Origin: an uncultured Chloroflexia bacterium
Lineage (GTDB): Bacteria > Chloroflexota > Limnocylindria > Limnocylindrales > CSP1-4
Assembly (NCBI GenBank): GCA_963746075.1
Contig: CAVUZY010000004.1
Location: 200,213-264,212 of the forward strand
Direction of reading: 5' to 3'
Length of the DNA stretch: 64,000 nucleotides
Shown here piece by piece: positions 39,892 through 51,624 of the stretch (positions within the stretch are counted from its first letter, which is position 1; each line of letters starts with the position of its first letter). The notes under the pieces were generated by a model, which was not told where the DNA came from, ran no database searches, and saw only the letters and a list, made by a program, of their open reading frames with translations. The translations under genes and the position numbers were made by a program.

Positions 39892-42741
39892 ATGGTGAGC
39901 GTCCTCGGTCGCGCCGCCGAGCTCGCGACGATCGCGGCGTTCCTCGCGGATCCGCGCCGTCCATCGGGACGGCTGGTCCTGCGCGGCCTGGCCGGGATGG
40001 GGAAATCGGTCCTCTGGGAGCACGGGGTCGCCGCGGCCCGGGCGGACCCGGAGCGCGTGGTTCTGGCGACGCGCGCGTCGGAGAGCGAGGTCGACCTGCC
40101 GCTCGTGACGCTGACGGATCTGCTCGGTCCGGTCCCCGAACGGGTCGTCCGGGACCTGCCGGGTCCGCAGCGAGACGCCATCGACGCGGCGCTCCTCCGC
40201 CGCCGACCGACCGGCGGCCACGACCCGCGCACCCTCGGCACGGCCGTTCTGTCCGTGCTCGACCGGCTCGCCGGCGAACGCCCGGTGCTCCTGGCGATCG
40301 ACGATGCCCAATGGGTCGACGGCGCCTCCGCCGCCGCGCTCGACTTCGCATTCCGCCGGCTGGTGGACCAGCCGATTGCGGTCCTCGCCGCCGCCCGCAC
40401 GGCGGACGACGGATCGGACTCCGCTTTCAGCCGGGCCCTGACTCGCCCGCCCGGGGGCGCGATCCTCGAGGTCGGCCCGGTCAGCCTCGCGCTCCTCCAT
40501 CACCTCGTGCTCGAGCGGGTCGGAAGCGCACTCACCCGCGTGCAGCTCGCGCGGCTCGCGGCCGAGTCAGGGGGAAACCCGTTGCTCGCGCTGGAGCTGG
40601 CGGGGGCGCTCGCTCGGCTCGAGCGCTGGCCGCTCCCCGGCGAGCCGATGCCGCTCCCGGCCGACACGGGCGCGCTTCTTCGGCAGCGGATCGGACGTGA
40701 AGCGCCAGCGGTCGGCCAGGTGCTCCTCCTCGCTGCGGTGTTGCCCGCACCGACGACGTCATCGGTCACGGCCGGCGGGACGATCGGCCCGGCCGCGGCA
40801 GCCCGGGCCATCGACGGGGCCGTCGGCGCGGGCCTGCTCGCCGTCGAACCCAACGGTCGCCTCCGGTTTCCGCATCCGCTGATCGCCTCGGCGGCGCTGG
40901 CAGCGGTTCCGTCCGAGGAGCGACGACGGATCCACGCCCGCCTCGCCGAACGGGCGAGCACGATCGAGGAGCGCGGCCGGCACACGGCGCTGGCCGCCAT
41001 CGATCCGTCGGACGAGGTGAGCGCGACTCTGGCCGCGGCGGCGGTAGCGGCACGCGACCGCGGGGCGACGGGCATGGCCGCCGACTGGATGGAGCGAGCC
41101 GCAGCCCTGACGCCGTCCGGCGCGAACGAGGCCTGGGCCGCCCGGATCACGCGGGCCGCGGCGTGGCGGGCGGACTCGGGCGAGATCGATCGGGCTCGCA
41201 GCATGCTGGAGGCCGCGATCCCGGCGATCGCCCGCGGCGATCGGCGTGCGGAGGCCATGCTCCACCTCGCCCAGATCGTCGGTTGGGCCGAGGGAGCGGC
41301 CGCGGTCGTCGCCGCCTGCCGCGATGCGCTGGCCGAGGCCGTCGCGCCGAACCTCCGCGCCCGACTCCGGCTCAGGATCGCGTCCGAGGTCGAGCTCCTC
41401 GGGGCCGCCGGCGCTCTCGCCGAGATCGACGCTGCACTCGCCGACCTCGCCGACCGCGCCGGCCCGGGCAAGGATCCCGACCCCGACCTCCTGGCGTGTG
41501 CCCTGCTCCAGCGGGCGTCGCTCCGGCTCGCGGCCGGGATCGGGATCGACCACGACGCCGTCGCGCGCGCCATCGGCCTTCTCGCCCCGGAACCGCGCCG
41601 CACACCGGATGGCGACGAGCCGGCAGAGAGCCTGCGCGCCCACGCGCTCGTCTGGCAGTGGTGGAGCGATCTCGATGAGCACGAGCGAGCCCGCGAGCGG
41701 CAGTCTGCCGACCTTCAGCGAGATCTCGAGCGCGGGCACGAGCGGCCGACGCCGATCGGGGCGGCCGACCTGGCCGTGACGGAGCTCTGGCTCGGCGACA
41801 TGGCTGCCGCGGAGCGTCACGCTTCGGACGCCCAAGCCTACGCCGAGCAGACGGGCGGGTCCGCTCAGAACCGGAGTGTCGCGCTCGGAGCGCGGGCGGC
41901 GATCGCTGCGGTTCGCGGCGATCTCGACGATGCCGAGGCCGCTGCCCTCGCGGGCCTGGCGCTGGTCGAGGACGACTGGCTGGCCGGTCGCCACCTGGCG
42001 GCCCTCGGGCTCATTGCCCTGACCCGCCGCCGACCGGACGAGGCGATCCTCCGGCTCGGCCCCCTCTTTGATCGCCTCGTCGTCACCGGTCAGGTCGAGA
42101 CGGCCTGCACCCGGATGATCGGCGACCTTCTCGAGGCCGCCGCCGCCAACGGCGAGCTGGCTCGAGTCCGGGCGGTCGTCGCGGAGCTGGAGATCCGCGC
42201 CCGGACCGTGCCGCGGGCATGGGTCGCGGCAAATCTCGCTCGCGGCCGGGCGCTCCTGGCGGCCGCGGACGGCGACGTCGAGTCGGCGGCCGCGGCAGCC
42301 GGTGACGCGCTGCGCCATGCCGAAGCGCTCCGCATGCCGTTCGAGCTGGCGCGGATCGCCCTCCTGGCCGGACGACTCGACCGCCGCCGGAAGGCGCGTC
42401 GCTCCGCGTCCATCCACCTCGACCGCGCCCGTGCTGGATTTGCCGGCCTGGGTGCCGCGCGCTGGGTGGACATCGCGGATGCCGAGCTCGCCCGGATCGG
42501 CCGACGAGCCCCCGCGACCGACGCCCTGACCGAAACGGAGGATGCCGTCGCCCGGCTCGCTGCCCGCGGCCTGACGAACCGCGAGGTCGGGGAGGCCGCG
42601 TTCCTGACGCCAAAGAGCGTCGAAGGCGTCCTGGCCCGCGTCTACGGCAAGCTCGGGATCCGATCCCGGGCGGAGCTCGGGGCGTGGCTCAAGGATCAGC
42701 CGGGCGGCGAGCCCTCATCGGAGCGGGATTCCCCCGTTTGA
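39892..42741 (+). CDS. Large ATP-binding LuxR-family regulator (LAL/MalT-like: AAA/STAND NTPase + helical repeats + LuxR HTH)
   Basis: Walker A LRGLAGMGKSVL, Walker B VLLAIDDAQWVD, a long Ala/Leu-rich repeat region, and C-terminal LTNREVGEAAFLTPKSVEGVLARVYGKLGIRSRAEL. Confidence 0.9.
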   Translation: MVSVLGRAAELATIAAFLADPRRPSGRLVLRGLAGMGKSVLWEHGVAAARADPERVVLATRASESEVDLPLVTLTDLLGPVPERVVRDLPGPQRDAIDAALLRRRPTGGHDPRTLGTAVLSVLDRLAGERPVLLAIDDAQWVDGASAAALDFAFRRLVDQPIAVLAAARTADDGSDSAFSRALTRPPGGAILEVGPVSLALLHHLVLERVGSALTRVQLARLAAESGGNPLLALELAGALARLERWPLPGEPMPLPADTGALLRQRIGREAPAVGQVLLLAAVLPAPTTSSVTAGGTIGPAAAARAIDGAVGAGLLAVEPNGRLRFPHPLIASAALAAVPSEERRRIHARLAERASTIEERGRHTALAAIDPSDEVSATLAAAAVAARDRGATGMAADWMERAAALTPSGANEAWAARITRAAAWRADSGEIDRARSMLEAAIPAIARGDRRAEAMLHLAQIVGWAEGAAAVVAACRDALAEAVAPNLRARLRLRIASEVELLGAAGALAEIDAALADLADRAGPGKDPDPDLLACALLQRASLRLAAGIGIDHDAVARAIGLLAPEPRRTPDGDEPAESLRAHALVWQWWSDLDEHERARERQSADLQRDLERGHERPTPIGAADLAVTELWLGDMAAAERHASDAQAYAEQTGGSAQNRSVALGARAAIAAVRGDLDDAEAAALAGLALVEDDWLAGRHLAALGLIALTRRRPDEAILRLGPLFDRLVVTGQVETACTRMIGDLLEAAAANGELARVRAVVAELEIRARTVPRAWVAANLARGRALLAAADGDVESAAAAAGDALRHAEALRMPFELARIALLAGRLDRRRKARRSASIHLDRARAGFAGLGAARWVDIADAELARIGRRAPATDALTETEDAVARLAARGLTNREVGEAAFLTPKSVEGVLARVYGKLGIRSRAELGAWLKDQPGGEPSSERDSPV

Positions 42742-42799
42742 ACGGCGGGCCGGGGTCGGTACGGTCGGACCGACGCCCATCCGCTCTCGGGAGAACGCC

Positions 42800-43801
42800 A
42801 TGTCACGCTCGTGTTCAGCCACGTGCGCCGCCGCAGCCCTCGTCGTCGGCCTCCTCGCGGGATGCAGCTCCGGGGGCCAACCGTCCGCCAGCTCGCCCGT
42901 GACGCCCGTCACCGCCACGGCCGGGCCCAGCGCGATCGCCTCGGAAGTGGCCGCCTCACCGATCGCAGGATCGTCCAGCGAGCCGGTCCAGCGCACGGCT
43001 GACATCGACGTCGGCGGCCGGACCCTCCATCTGTTCTGCGTTGGCACCGCGCCGGCGGGGAGCCCGACGATCCTGGGCGAGGCGGGACTGGGCGGTGACT
43101 CCCGGACGTGGAACAGCCTGGTGCACGCGCTCGCGAACCGGACCCGGATCTGCTCCTACGACCGGGCCGGCACCTACCTCAGCCCGGCGGCCCCCGAGGC
43201 GTCGCGGACGCTGGCCGACCAGGTCGACGACCTCGACCGCCTCATCGAGGCGGCCGACCTGGACGGGCCCTTCCTGCTCGTGACCCACTCCATCGGCGCC
43301 TGGCACGCGGCCCTGTTCGCGAGCCGCCATCTCGACGACGTCGTCGGGCTCGTGATGGCCGACCCCCGCGGCCCGAAGGTCAGCGCTGGGTGGCTGGCCG
43401 CTCTGCCGCCCGCCGCGGCGGGTGAGCCGACGGCGGTTGCCGTCAACCGGGACGAGCTGGCGACGTTCGAACAGGACCCGGCCTTGAACGACGAGCACCT
43501 CGACCTCCGCTCCGCCGCGAAGGAGGTGAACGCGGTGCTCGACCCGAAGGCCCCGCTGGTCGGCGACCGCCCGCTGGTCGTCCTGTCGGCCGGGCTGACG
43601 AGCAGGAACTGGGCGGATCTGCCCGCCGACCTCCGGACGACGTTCGATCGGATCTGGCACGACGGTCAGGCCGCGCTCGCCGCCGAGTCGACGAAGGGCA
43701 CGTTCGAGGTCATCCCCGACAGCGACCATGACCTGCCGGGGATGCGACCGGACGCGATCGTCGACGCGATCGAGACGATCCTCGATCAGGCGGGCGGGTA
43801 G
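42800..43801 (+). CDS. Secreted/lipoprotein alpha/beta hydrolase
   Basis: Lipobox LVVGLLAGC-SS. Nucleophile elbow LLVTHSIGAW. C-terminal IPDSDHDLP carries the catalytic His region. Confidence 0.8.
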   Translation: MSRSCSATCAAAALVVGLLAGCSSGGQPSASSPVTPVTATAGPSAIASEVAASPIAGSSSEPVQRTADIDVGGRTLHLFCVGTAPAGSPTILGEAGLGGDSRTWNSLVHALANRTRICSYDRAGTYLSPAAPEASRTLADQVDDLDRLIEAADLDGPFLLVTHSIGAWHAALFASRHLDDVVGLVMADPRGPKVSAGWLAALPPAAAGEPTAVAVNRDELATFEQDPALNDEHLDLRSAAKEVNAVLDPKAPLVGDRPLVVLSAGLTSRNWADLPADLRTTFDRIWHDGQAALAAESTKGTFEVIPDSDHDLPGMRPDAIVDAIETILDQAGG

Positions 43802-44037
43802 TGGCCAGCTTTCTCGTCGAGCGGTTCTGGCCGGGCGTGACCTTCGACGCGGCCGAGGCGGCCACGAAGGCGCTCCTCGCCTGCGGGGCGGCGGTCATCG
43901 AGACGATCGTCGCCCCGCCCGACGAGGTCTGCCTGTGGTACGTCGAGGCCGCCACCGCGGAGACCGTGACGACAGCCTTCGGTGCGGCCGCGATCCCGTT
44001 CGATCGCCTCACGCCGGCGACGCGGATCCCCGGCTGA
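43801..44037 (+). CDS. Small DUF4242-like protein
   Basis: GTG 43801 shares 1 nt with the upstream TAG. MASFLVERFWPGVTFDAAEAATKAL...CLWYVEAATAETV resembles the DUF4242 pattern. Recalled from memory, not searched. Confidence 0.45.
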   Translation: MASFLVERFWPGVTFDAAEAATKALLACGAAVIETIVAPPDEVCLWYVEAATAETVTTAFGAAAIPFDRLTPATRIPG

Positions 44038-44064
44038 ACCGGAACGCGTTCGGGGTCGCCGCCA

Positions 44065-44858
44065 CTACGCGCGATCGGCGAGACGGGCGACCAGCTCGCG
44101 GACGTCGGGGTGGAGCCATGGCCCGTTGCCGACCTCGGCGTTCGCCAGCGCATGCTCCACGGAGCGGGTCGCCGGGATCGCCACGGTCACCCGCGGATCG
44201 GACAGGGTCCAGCGGAGGAGCGCCTCCGTCCACGACTCCAGACCCGCCGCTTGGAGCTCCGCCGGGAACGGCCGGCCGAGAAGGCCGCCCTCACCGAACG
44301 GCCGCATCGCGACGACGCCAAGCCCGAGCTCCTCGGCCACGGGCAGGATCCGTCGCTCAGCGGAGCGCTCGAGCGGGTTGACCGGAACCTGGATCGCCTG
44401 GATCCGGCCGGTTCGCATCGCGACCTCGATCTCGTCGAGGGCGGACGAGCTGAAATGGGTCACCCCGATCGCGCCGATCCGGCCGGCATCCCGCTCCGCC
44501 TCGAGCCACGGCAGGTGATCACGCCAGGCGACCAGGTTGTGGATCTGGAGCAGGTCGATCCGAGCGCCGAACCAGTCGAGCTGACGAGCGACGTGGCCCC
44601 GGCCGTCCTCGACCGATGCGGTCCAGACCTTCGTGGCGACGAATGCTTCCGGCCGGCGATCCCCGAGCGCGGCTGACAGGACCTGCTCCGCCCGGCCGTA
44701 CATCGGCGAGCTGTCGAAGACCCGAACGCCTGCGCCGAGGGAGGCTCCGACCACCGCGTCTGCCGTCGCCTGGCGGCCCGGTTCGAGATCGAAGACCCGC
44801 CACGTGCCGGCCCCGACGACCGGCAGCTCCGGACCGTCGATGCCGAGCCGGCGCTGGA

Positions 44859-44862
<4 letters not shown>
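44065..44862 (-). CDS. Aldo/keto reductase
   Basis: TTG 44862 overlaps the kinase stop (TTGA). VVGAGTWRVF...FDSSPMYGRAEQVL...FVATKVW...IDLLQIHN...AIGVTHF. Confidence 0.9.
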
Positions 44863-46574
<1,712 letters not shown>

Positions 46575-46656
46575 CGGTCAGGCCGCCGGCAGACGAAGCG
46601 CGTCGTGCGGCCGACCCGGGCGGTGGCTCACCACGGGTCGTCGGTCCGGTCGACCG

Positions 46657-47463
46657 TCAGCCGGCCCGGACGCCGGACGTCTCGGGCGAGCCCGCGACCG
46701 CGCCGCCGTGCGAACCGGTCTGGGCGAGCGCCGGGCCGGCGATCGCGGCGATCGCGGCAAGGAGCTTGAGATCGGCGGCCCGGTACTCGATCCGCGCCGG
46801 CGACCCGGCCCCGAGGACGCCGAGCGTTCGCCCGCGCGCCACGACCGGTGCGGCGATGAGCGACGCCAGGGCACGCTCCGCGCCGGATGCCCGTGGATCC
46901 GCGGCGACGTCGTTGACCTCCTCGGCGACGGCCGATCCGGCGATCGCTCCGAGGATCCCGTCGCGGACCGCGGTCCGGGACAGGTCCGGGCCCTCGCCGT
47001 CGCCGACGGCCCGCAGCGCGCCGCCGCCGTCGTCGATCAGGAGCAGGAATCCCGAGCCGCCGGCCGGCAGGCGCGACGCCTCCGCGACCACGATCCGCCC
47101 GACCGCGTCGACGTCGAGCTCGCCACTCAGGCGGTCGGCCAGCTCGTAGACGAGGTTGAGCTCGCGATATCGATCGAGGGCCTCGCGGGCGAGGCTGCGC
47201 TTGTCCATCTCGCGGGCAACGGCATATGACAGCACCGCGGCGATCGCTCGGCCCGTCCGGTCGCCTTCGACCCAGCCGACGGTCCGGCCCTCGACCGTGA
47301 TCGGGAACTTCTCGAAGCCGATCCCGGTCGACTCGCGCTCGAGGATCACCGTGCCCGCCTCGTCGCGGATCCGGATCCCGGCATTCGTCCCGGACAGGAG
47401 CGCGGAGAGCATCGGCGCCACGTGACGGTGGCGGACGATGAGGCGCGCGAGATCGAGCTCCAT
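46657..47463 (-). CDS. GAF domain-containing protein (no output domain)
   Basis: ATG 47463 shares 1 nt with the response-regulator stop. SLIAAPVVARGRTLGVLGAG is a GAF-type strand. The N-terminal region is ITVEGRTVGWVEGD. Confidence 0.75.
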   Translation of the reverse strand: MELDLARLIVRHRHVAPMLSALLSGTNAGIRIRDEAGTVILERESTGIGFEKFPITVEGRTVGWVEGDRTGRAIAAVLSYAVAREMDKRSLAREALDRYRELNLVYELADRLSGELDVDAVGRIVVAEASRLPAGGSGFLLLIDDGGGALRAVGDGEGPDLSRTAVRDGILGAIAGSAVAEEVNDVAADPRASGAERALASLIAAPVVARGRTLGVLGAGSPARIEYRAADLKLLAAIAAIAGPALAQTGSHGGAVAGSPETSGVRAG

Positions 47464-47849
47464 CAGCGAGCAGCTCCCAGCCCGAGCGCGGCGCGGGCGA
47501 TGTCGAGGAGCTCATCCGGATCGAACGGCTTTGTCAGGTAGCGGTCGGCGCCCGCCGCCAGGCCCTGCTCGCGGTCGTAGGCCTGGCCCTTCGCGGTGAG
47601 CATGACGACGGTCGTGCCGGCCAGACCCAGGTCGTCCTTGATCGCGCGACAGACCTCGAAGCCGTTCATCTTCGGCATCATCACGTCGAGGAAGACGAGC
47701 TCGGGGCGATGGTTCCGCACGACGTCGATCGCCATCTCGCCGTCGGACGCGGTCTGGAGCTCGACGCCCTCATCCTCGAGGTCCTCGAGCGTCTGCTCGA
47801 TGAGGAGTCGGATGTGCTGTTCGTCGTCGACGATCAGGACGGTCGGCAT
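47463..47849 (-). CDS. Stand-alone response regulator receiver (CheY-like)
   Basis: ATG 47849 (MPTVLIVDDEQHIRLL). Phospho-acceptor context LVFLDVMMPKMNG. MLTAKG...YLTKPF. Confidence 0.9.
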   Translation of the reverse strand: MPTVLIVDDEQHIRLLIEQTLEDLEDEGVELQTASDGEMAIDVVRNHRPELVFLDVMMPKMNGFEVCRAIKDDLGLAGTTVVMLTAKGQAYDREQGLAAGADRYLTKPFDPDELLDIARAALGLGAAR

Positions 47850-48041
47850 CAGGACCTCGTGAGAGTGCGGCCGCGTGGCGCGAGGGCGGGCGGGTGGGCG
47901 GACCGCCCGATGACGGTGACCGCATCGGGGCGGCGGACCGGACGATGACGGGAGCCCGCCAACGATGCCGGAAACGGGGAGCCGGCGCAACGTGCGGGCG
48001 CAGCCCACCGGCCCGGGCGCGATCGGGCACGATGGGGCGCG

Positions 48042-49301
48042 ATGAACCCGGCTCCCCCAGCCCCCGCGGCCGCTCCCGCGCGCCCGATCAACCCCGACCT
48101 CACGCTCTGGCTGCTGTCGATCGCGCACGCGGTGAACCATGCCCAGGCGGTGCTCCTGCCACTGATCTACCTCCGGATCATCGCGGAGTTCGGCGTGACC
48201 GAGTCGCAGGTGGCCTACCTCGCCGCCATCGGCGCGTTCGCCAGCGGCGTGGTCCAGCTCAGCTTCGCGAAGCTGACCCGGATCGTGTCGCGGCGGACGC
48301 TGCTCGGGACCGGCGGGATCCTGTTCGGCGCCGGGTTCGCGGCCCAGGGCCTGACGCAGAGCTTCCTGCCGTTCGCGGTCGTGAGCGCCGTGTCGCGGAT
48401 CGGCGGATCGCCGCAGCATCCGGTCGGCAACGGCCTCCTCGCCGAGCAGTACCCGGAGTCACGTCGAGGCTTCGCGATCAGCGCCCACATCAGCGGCGGC
48501 AACGTCGGGACCGTCGTCGTGGCCCTCGTCGGGGCCGGCCTGATCGCGACGATCGGGTGGCGCTGGGTCGTCGTCGTGTTCGGCGTGCCGGCGGTGCTGA
48601 TCGCACTGGCCATCCTGTTGTTCGTGCGCGAGAGCGGCGTCGATCGGCGCGAGGCGGTGGCGCACGGCAGCGTTCGGGATGCGTTCCGGACGGTGCTCCG
48701 CGATTCGGATCATCGCTGGATCTATCTCGCGTCGGTGCTCGGCGGCGGCGGTCGCGGACTCGGCGTCGTCAACCTGTTCGCGCTGCTGTACCTGACGAGC
48801 GTCATCGGCCTGCCCAGCTCCACGACGGACCTCATGTACGGCGGGCTGATCGTCCTGTCGGTGCCGATGCCGCTCATCGCCGGCTGGCTGTCCGACCGGG
48901 TCGGGCGGCGGCCGGTCATCATCGGTGTCTACCTCGGCGGCGCCATCGCGTTCGCCGTCTTCCTGCTCGCGGGATCGTCGCTCGCCCTGCTCTGGCTCGG
49001 GATCCTGCTGATGGGTCTGTTCAGCTTCGCGGAGTCGCCTCAGCTCCAGGCGCTCCTCGCCGACATCGCGCCGCCGACGGTGCGCGACACGTCGTTCGCC
49101 CTGTACTTCACGCTGGCGTTCGGCGTCGGATCGCTGTGGACCGCCCTGTACGGAGCGCTGATCGACATCCTCGGCGACCAGGCGGGACTGCCGCTCGTGT
49201 TCTGGCTCATGGCGATCTCGTTCGCCCTCGCGGCGCTCGCCGTCGTACCGATCCGGGAGCCCGCCCGGCGCGTGGCCTCGACGCCGCTCGGCGACATGTG
49301 A
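48042..49301 (+). CDS. MFS transporter
   Basis: About 12 TM segments. GWLSDRVGRRPVII is an MFS loop 2-3 type motif in the second half. Confidence 0.9.
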   Translation: MNPAPPAPAAAPARPINPDLTLWLLSIAHAVNHAQAVLLPLIYLRIIAEFGVTESQVAYLAAIGAFASGVVQLSFAKLTRIVSRRTLLGTGGILFGAGFAAQGLTQSFLPFAVVSAVSRIGGSPQHPVGNGLLAEQYPESRRGFAISAHISGGNVGTVVVALVGAGLIATIGWRWVVVVFGVPAVLIALAILLFVRESGVDRREAVAHGSVRDAFRTVLRDSDHRWIYLASVLGGGGRGLGVVNLFALLYLTSVIGLPSSTTDLMYGGLIVLSVPMPLIAGWLSDRVGRRPVIIGVYLGGAIAFAVFLLAGSSLALLWLGILLMGLFSFAESPQLQALLADIAPPTVRDTSFALYFTLAFGVGSLWTALYGALIDILGDQAGLPLVFWLMAISFALAALAVVPIREPARRVASTPLGDM

Positions 49302-49364
49302 TCCGACGGCCCGCGACCGGGCGTCTGCTATCATGCGCTCGCCCTGAGACAACGGGCATCCGGT

Positions 49365-49441
49365 CGGGGCGTGGCGCAGCTTGGTAGCGCGTATCGTTCG
49401 GGACGATAAGGTCGTGGGTTCGAATCCCGCCGCCCCGACCA
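49365..49441 (+). tRNA. tRNA-Pro (anticodon CGG), CCA encoded
   Basis: Hand-folded: acceptor CGGGGCG/CGCCCCG, anticodon arm TATCG-TTCGGGA-CGATA, T arm GTGGG-TTCGAAT-CCCGC, discriminator A, CCA. Confidence 0.95.
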
Positions 49442-49512
49442 ACTTCACCGGCCGACCTTCGAGTCGACCCATCTCAGACGGCTCTCAGCGGCCGTCCGGA
49501 CCGTGAGGCCAG

Positions 49513-50715
49513 ATGCCCACCCGACGGACCAGCCCGCGTCGCACGGCGACCCGCCCGAGCGGACTCCACGAGCGACCGCCCAGCCCGATCCGCGATGACG
49601 ATTTCGACGAGCCCCGCGCCGGGTTCCTGGCCGACGCCGCACCGTGGCTGGCGCTGCTCGCCGTCGTGCTGGCCGCCGGAGCGCTCGGCTTCGCCGTGCT
49701 CGGTGGTGGCGGCGATCTGACGGCGTGCCGGACGGCGGCCTGGAGCGCGATCCCGAAGTCGAACGACCTGCCGGCAGACTGGACCCTCGGCTCGACCGAC
49801 CTCAACGCCAACGGGATGACGATCTCGATCCTCGGCCCCATTCCGGCCGACGCGAGCGCCAATCAGCCGGTCGTCTACGCCAGCGTCACGTGCTACGGCG
49901 ACGCCGCTGCCGCCGCCCTTGCCGCAAACAAGACGGCCGCCGACAGCGCCAGCTCGATCGTGCGGGACCGGACGTCGGCGGGCGACGCCTACGACGTCGA
50001 GAACCCGCAGACGAACTCCGTCACGACCCTGTTCCGCGTCGGCGGACTGGTCGGCCAGGTCGCCGACGCCGGGACCGCGAGCCCTTCGGAGCTCGATGCG
50101 ATCACCGTCGCACTCGCGACGGCGATGGGCGACGAAGCCGCGGCGGGCAAGCCGGACATCGCCCCGCCCGATGACTCGAGCCCTGACCCGCTCGGATCCG
50201 ACGACGTCGGGGTGGTCGAACCCTCCGCATCGCCGTTCGCGCCCGAGCTCGAGGCGTTGCTGCCGACATCCATCGCGGACAGCACGTCCACCGCCTCGCC
50301 GCCCGCGACGATCGCGCTCACCATCGAGAGCACGCCCGCCAGCGAGATCTTCGGCGGCGAGCCGAGCTCGCGCGCCCTGGCCGCACGGGTTCGCGCCATG
50401 GGCTCGACGTTCGACCAGCTCCAGGTGGCGCAGGCCTACGACGGGAGCGGGGCGCTCGACCTCCAGATCATCGCCTTCCGCCTGCCGAGGGCGGACCTGG
50501 CGAAGCTCCGGTTGGCGATCCTCGAGACCTGGCTGTCGGCCGATGCCGAGGGCGTGACGACTTCGACCGTCACGCTCGGCGGCAAGGAGGTCACCAAGGT
50601 CGACTACGGCGACGACCAGACGATCGAGTACGTCTACGCCATCGACGACTCGGTGATCGTGATCGACACCTCGGACATCGAGATCGCGACGGCTGTGGCC
50701 GAGCAGCTGAAGTAG
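49513..50715 (+). CDS. Membrane-anchored hypothetical protein (Arg/Pro-rich cytoplasmic N-terminus, 1 TM, two extracytoplasmic domains)
   Basis: Single long ORF with good G/C third-position bias. TM segment WLALLAVVLAAGALGFAVL. No motif I recognise. Confidence 0.55.
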   Translation: MPTRRTSPRRTATRPSGLHERPPSPIRDDDFDEPRAGFLADAAPWLALLAVVLAAGALGFAVLGGGGDLTACRTAAWSAIPKSNDLPADWTLGSTDLNANGMTISILGPIPADASANQPVVYASVTCYGDAAAAALAANKTAADSASSIVRDRTSAGDAYDVENPQTNSVTTLFRVGGLVGQVADAGTASPSELDAITVALATAMGDEAAAGKPDIAPPDDSSPDPLGSDDVGVVEPSASPFAPELEALLPTSIADSTSTASPPATIALTIESTPASEIFGGEPSSRALAARVRAMGSTFDQLQVAQAYDGSGALDLQIIAFRLPRADLAKLRLAILETWLSADAEGVTTSTVTLGGKEVTKVDYGDDQTIEYVYAIDDSVIVIDTSDIEIATAVAEQLK

Positions 50716-50748
50716 GCGTTCGCGCCCTGGCTCGAGTCGTTGTCCGGG

Positions 50749-51108
50749 CTACGTCTTGGCCGGCATCGACCCCGCGTGGTCAAGCCCACGCTCGACCCAG
50801 CGCCGGATCGCGGCGTCGTCGGCGACGTCGGCCGTCGGGATGACCACGAACGACTTCATCGGCTTGCCGGGCATCGGCTCGAACGAGGATGCTCCGGCCG
50901 CCTTCGCCGGCTCGATCTCGGCATCGGGCAGGCGGACGACCCACTGGTCGGCGAACAGGCCGGTCGCCATGTTGCCGCCGACGAACGCCGCCGGGTAGCC
51001 GAACATCTTTCTGCGGGTGGCATCCGGATAGCCGTCGAGGACGATCGCAAATCGCTCGATCAGCTCGGCCGGCGACTTGCTGAAGGTCGGCGTCGCTCGC
51101 TTGGCCAT
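50749..51108 (-). CDS. TfoX N-terminal domain family protein
   Basis: RKMFGYPAAFVGGNMATGLFADQWVVRL matches the TfoX_N pattern. Confidence 0.7.
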   Translation of the reverse strand: MAKRATPTFSKSPAELIERFAIVLDGYPDATRRKMFGYPAAFVGGNMATGLFADQWVVRLPDAEIEPAKAAGASSFEPMPGKPMKSFVVIPTADVADDAAIRRWVERGLDHAGSMPAKT

Positions 51109-51167
51109 TGGGTTGTCTCCTCAGCTGGAACCGCTACGCTTGGTTCGACGAGATCGGGAGGATTGCC

Positions 51168-51536
51168 ATGGCAGGACGTACCGTCGACGAGTATGTCGCA
51201 GGCTTCCCGGACTGGCGCGGGAACGTCCTGGAGCGGCTCCGGGAGCTCGTGCGCGAGGCTGCCCCGGACGCCGTCGAAGCGGTCAAATGGGGTCAGCCCG
51301 TCTGGTCGTCGAATGGGCCGGCGATCCATGCCAAGGCCTTCGCGAACCAGGTCAACCTCGGGTTCTGGCGGGGCGCCGACCTGGACGATCCCGACGGCCT
51401 CCTGACGGGCGACGGCACGCGGATGAAGCATCTCCGGCTCCGGAACGGCGACATTCCGCCGGATGAGGCGATTCGGAGCTTCGTTCGCCAGGCGATCGAG
51501 CTGAACGCGGCGCTCGGCGACCCGACGAAGCGGTAG
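51168..51536 (+). CDS. DUF1801 (YdhG-like) domain protein
   Basis: GGGAGG precedes ATG 51168. VDEYVAGFPDWRGNVLERLRELV...AVKWGQPVWSSNGPAIHAKAFANQVNLGFW. Confidence 0.7.
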   Translation: MAGRTVDEYVAGFPDWRGNVLERLRELVREAAPDAVEAVKWGQPVWSSNGPAIHAKAFANQVNLGFWRGADLDDPDGLLTGDGTRMKHLRLRNGDIPPDEAIRSFVRQAIELNAALGDPTKR

Positions 51537-51624
51537 CCGACCCGCAACAGCGCAGACCTGACCCGGGCCATGCCCTCGCGACCTCGACCGGGACCGCCAA
51601 TTGACGTGCGATCCGGTGGCCTCG

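Noticed and set aside
39892-42741. The large STAND/AAA + LuxR protein, considered as a candidate antiphage STAND (Avs-like) defence gene.
   Set aside because: The C-terminus is a classical LuxR HTH with helical repeats (LAL/MalT architecture). There is no nuclease, protease, SIR2/TIR or other effector domain, and the neighbours are metabolic genes.
51537-51624. A possible fluoride (crcB-motif) riboswitch upstream of crcB.
   Set aside because: The conserved elements I remember (GGnGAUGG...CC, AAACCGCC, GCUGAUGAUGCCUAC) are not present. Only a loose GACCGCC...GGUGGCCUC resemblance exists, and part of it lies inside the possible coding start. A covariance-model scan (RF01734) would settle it.
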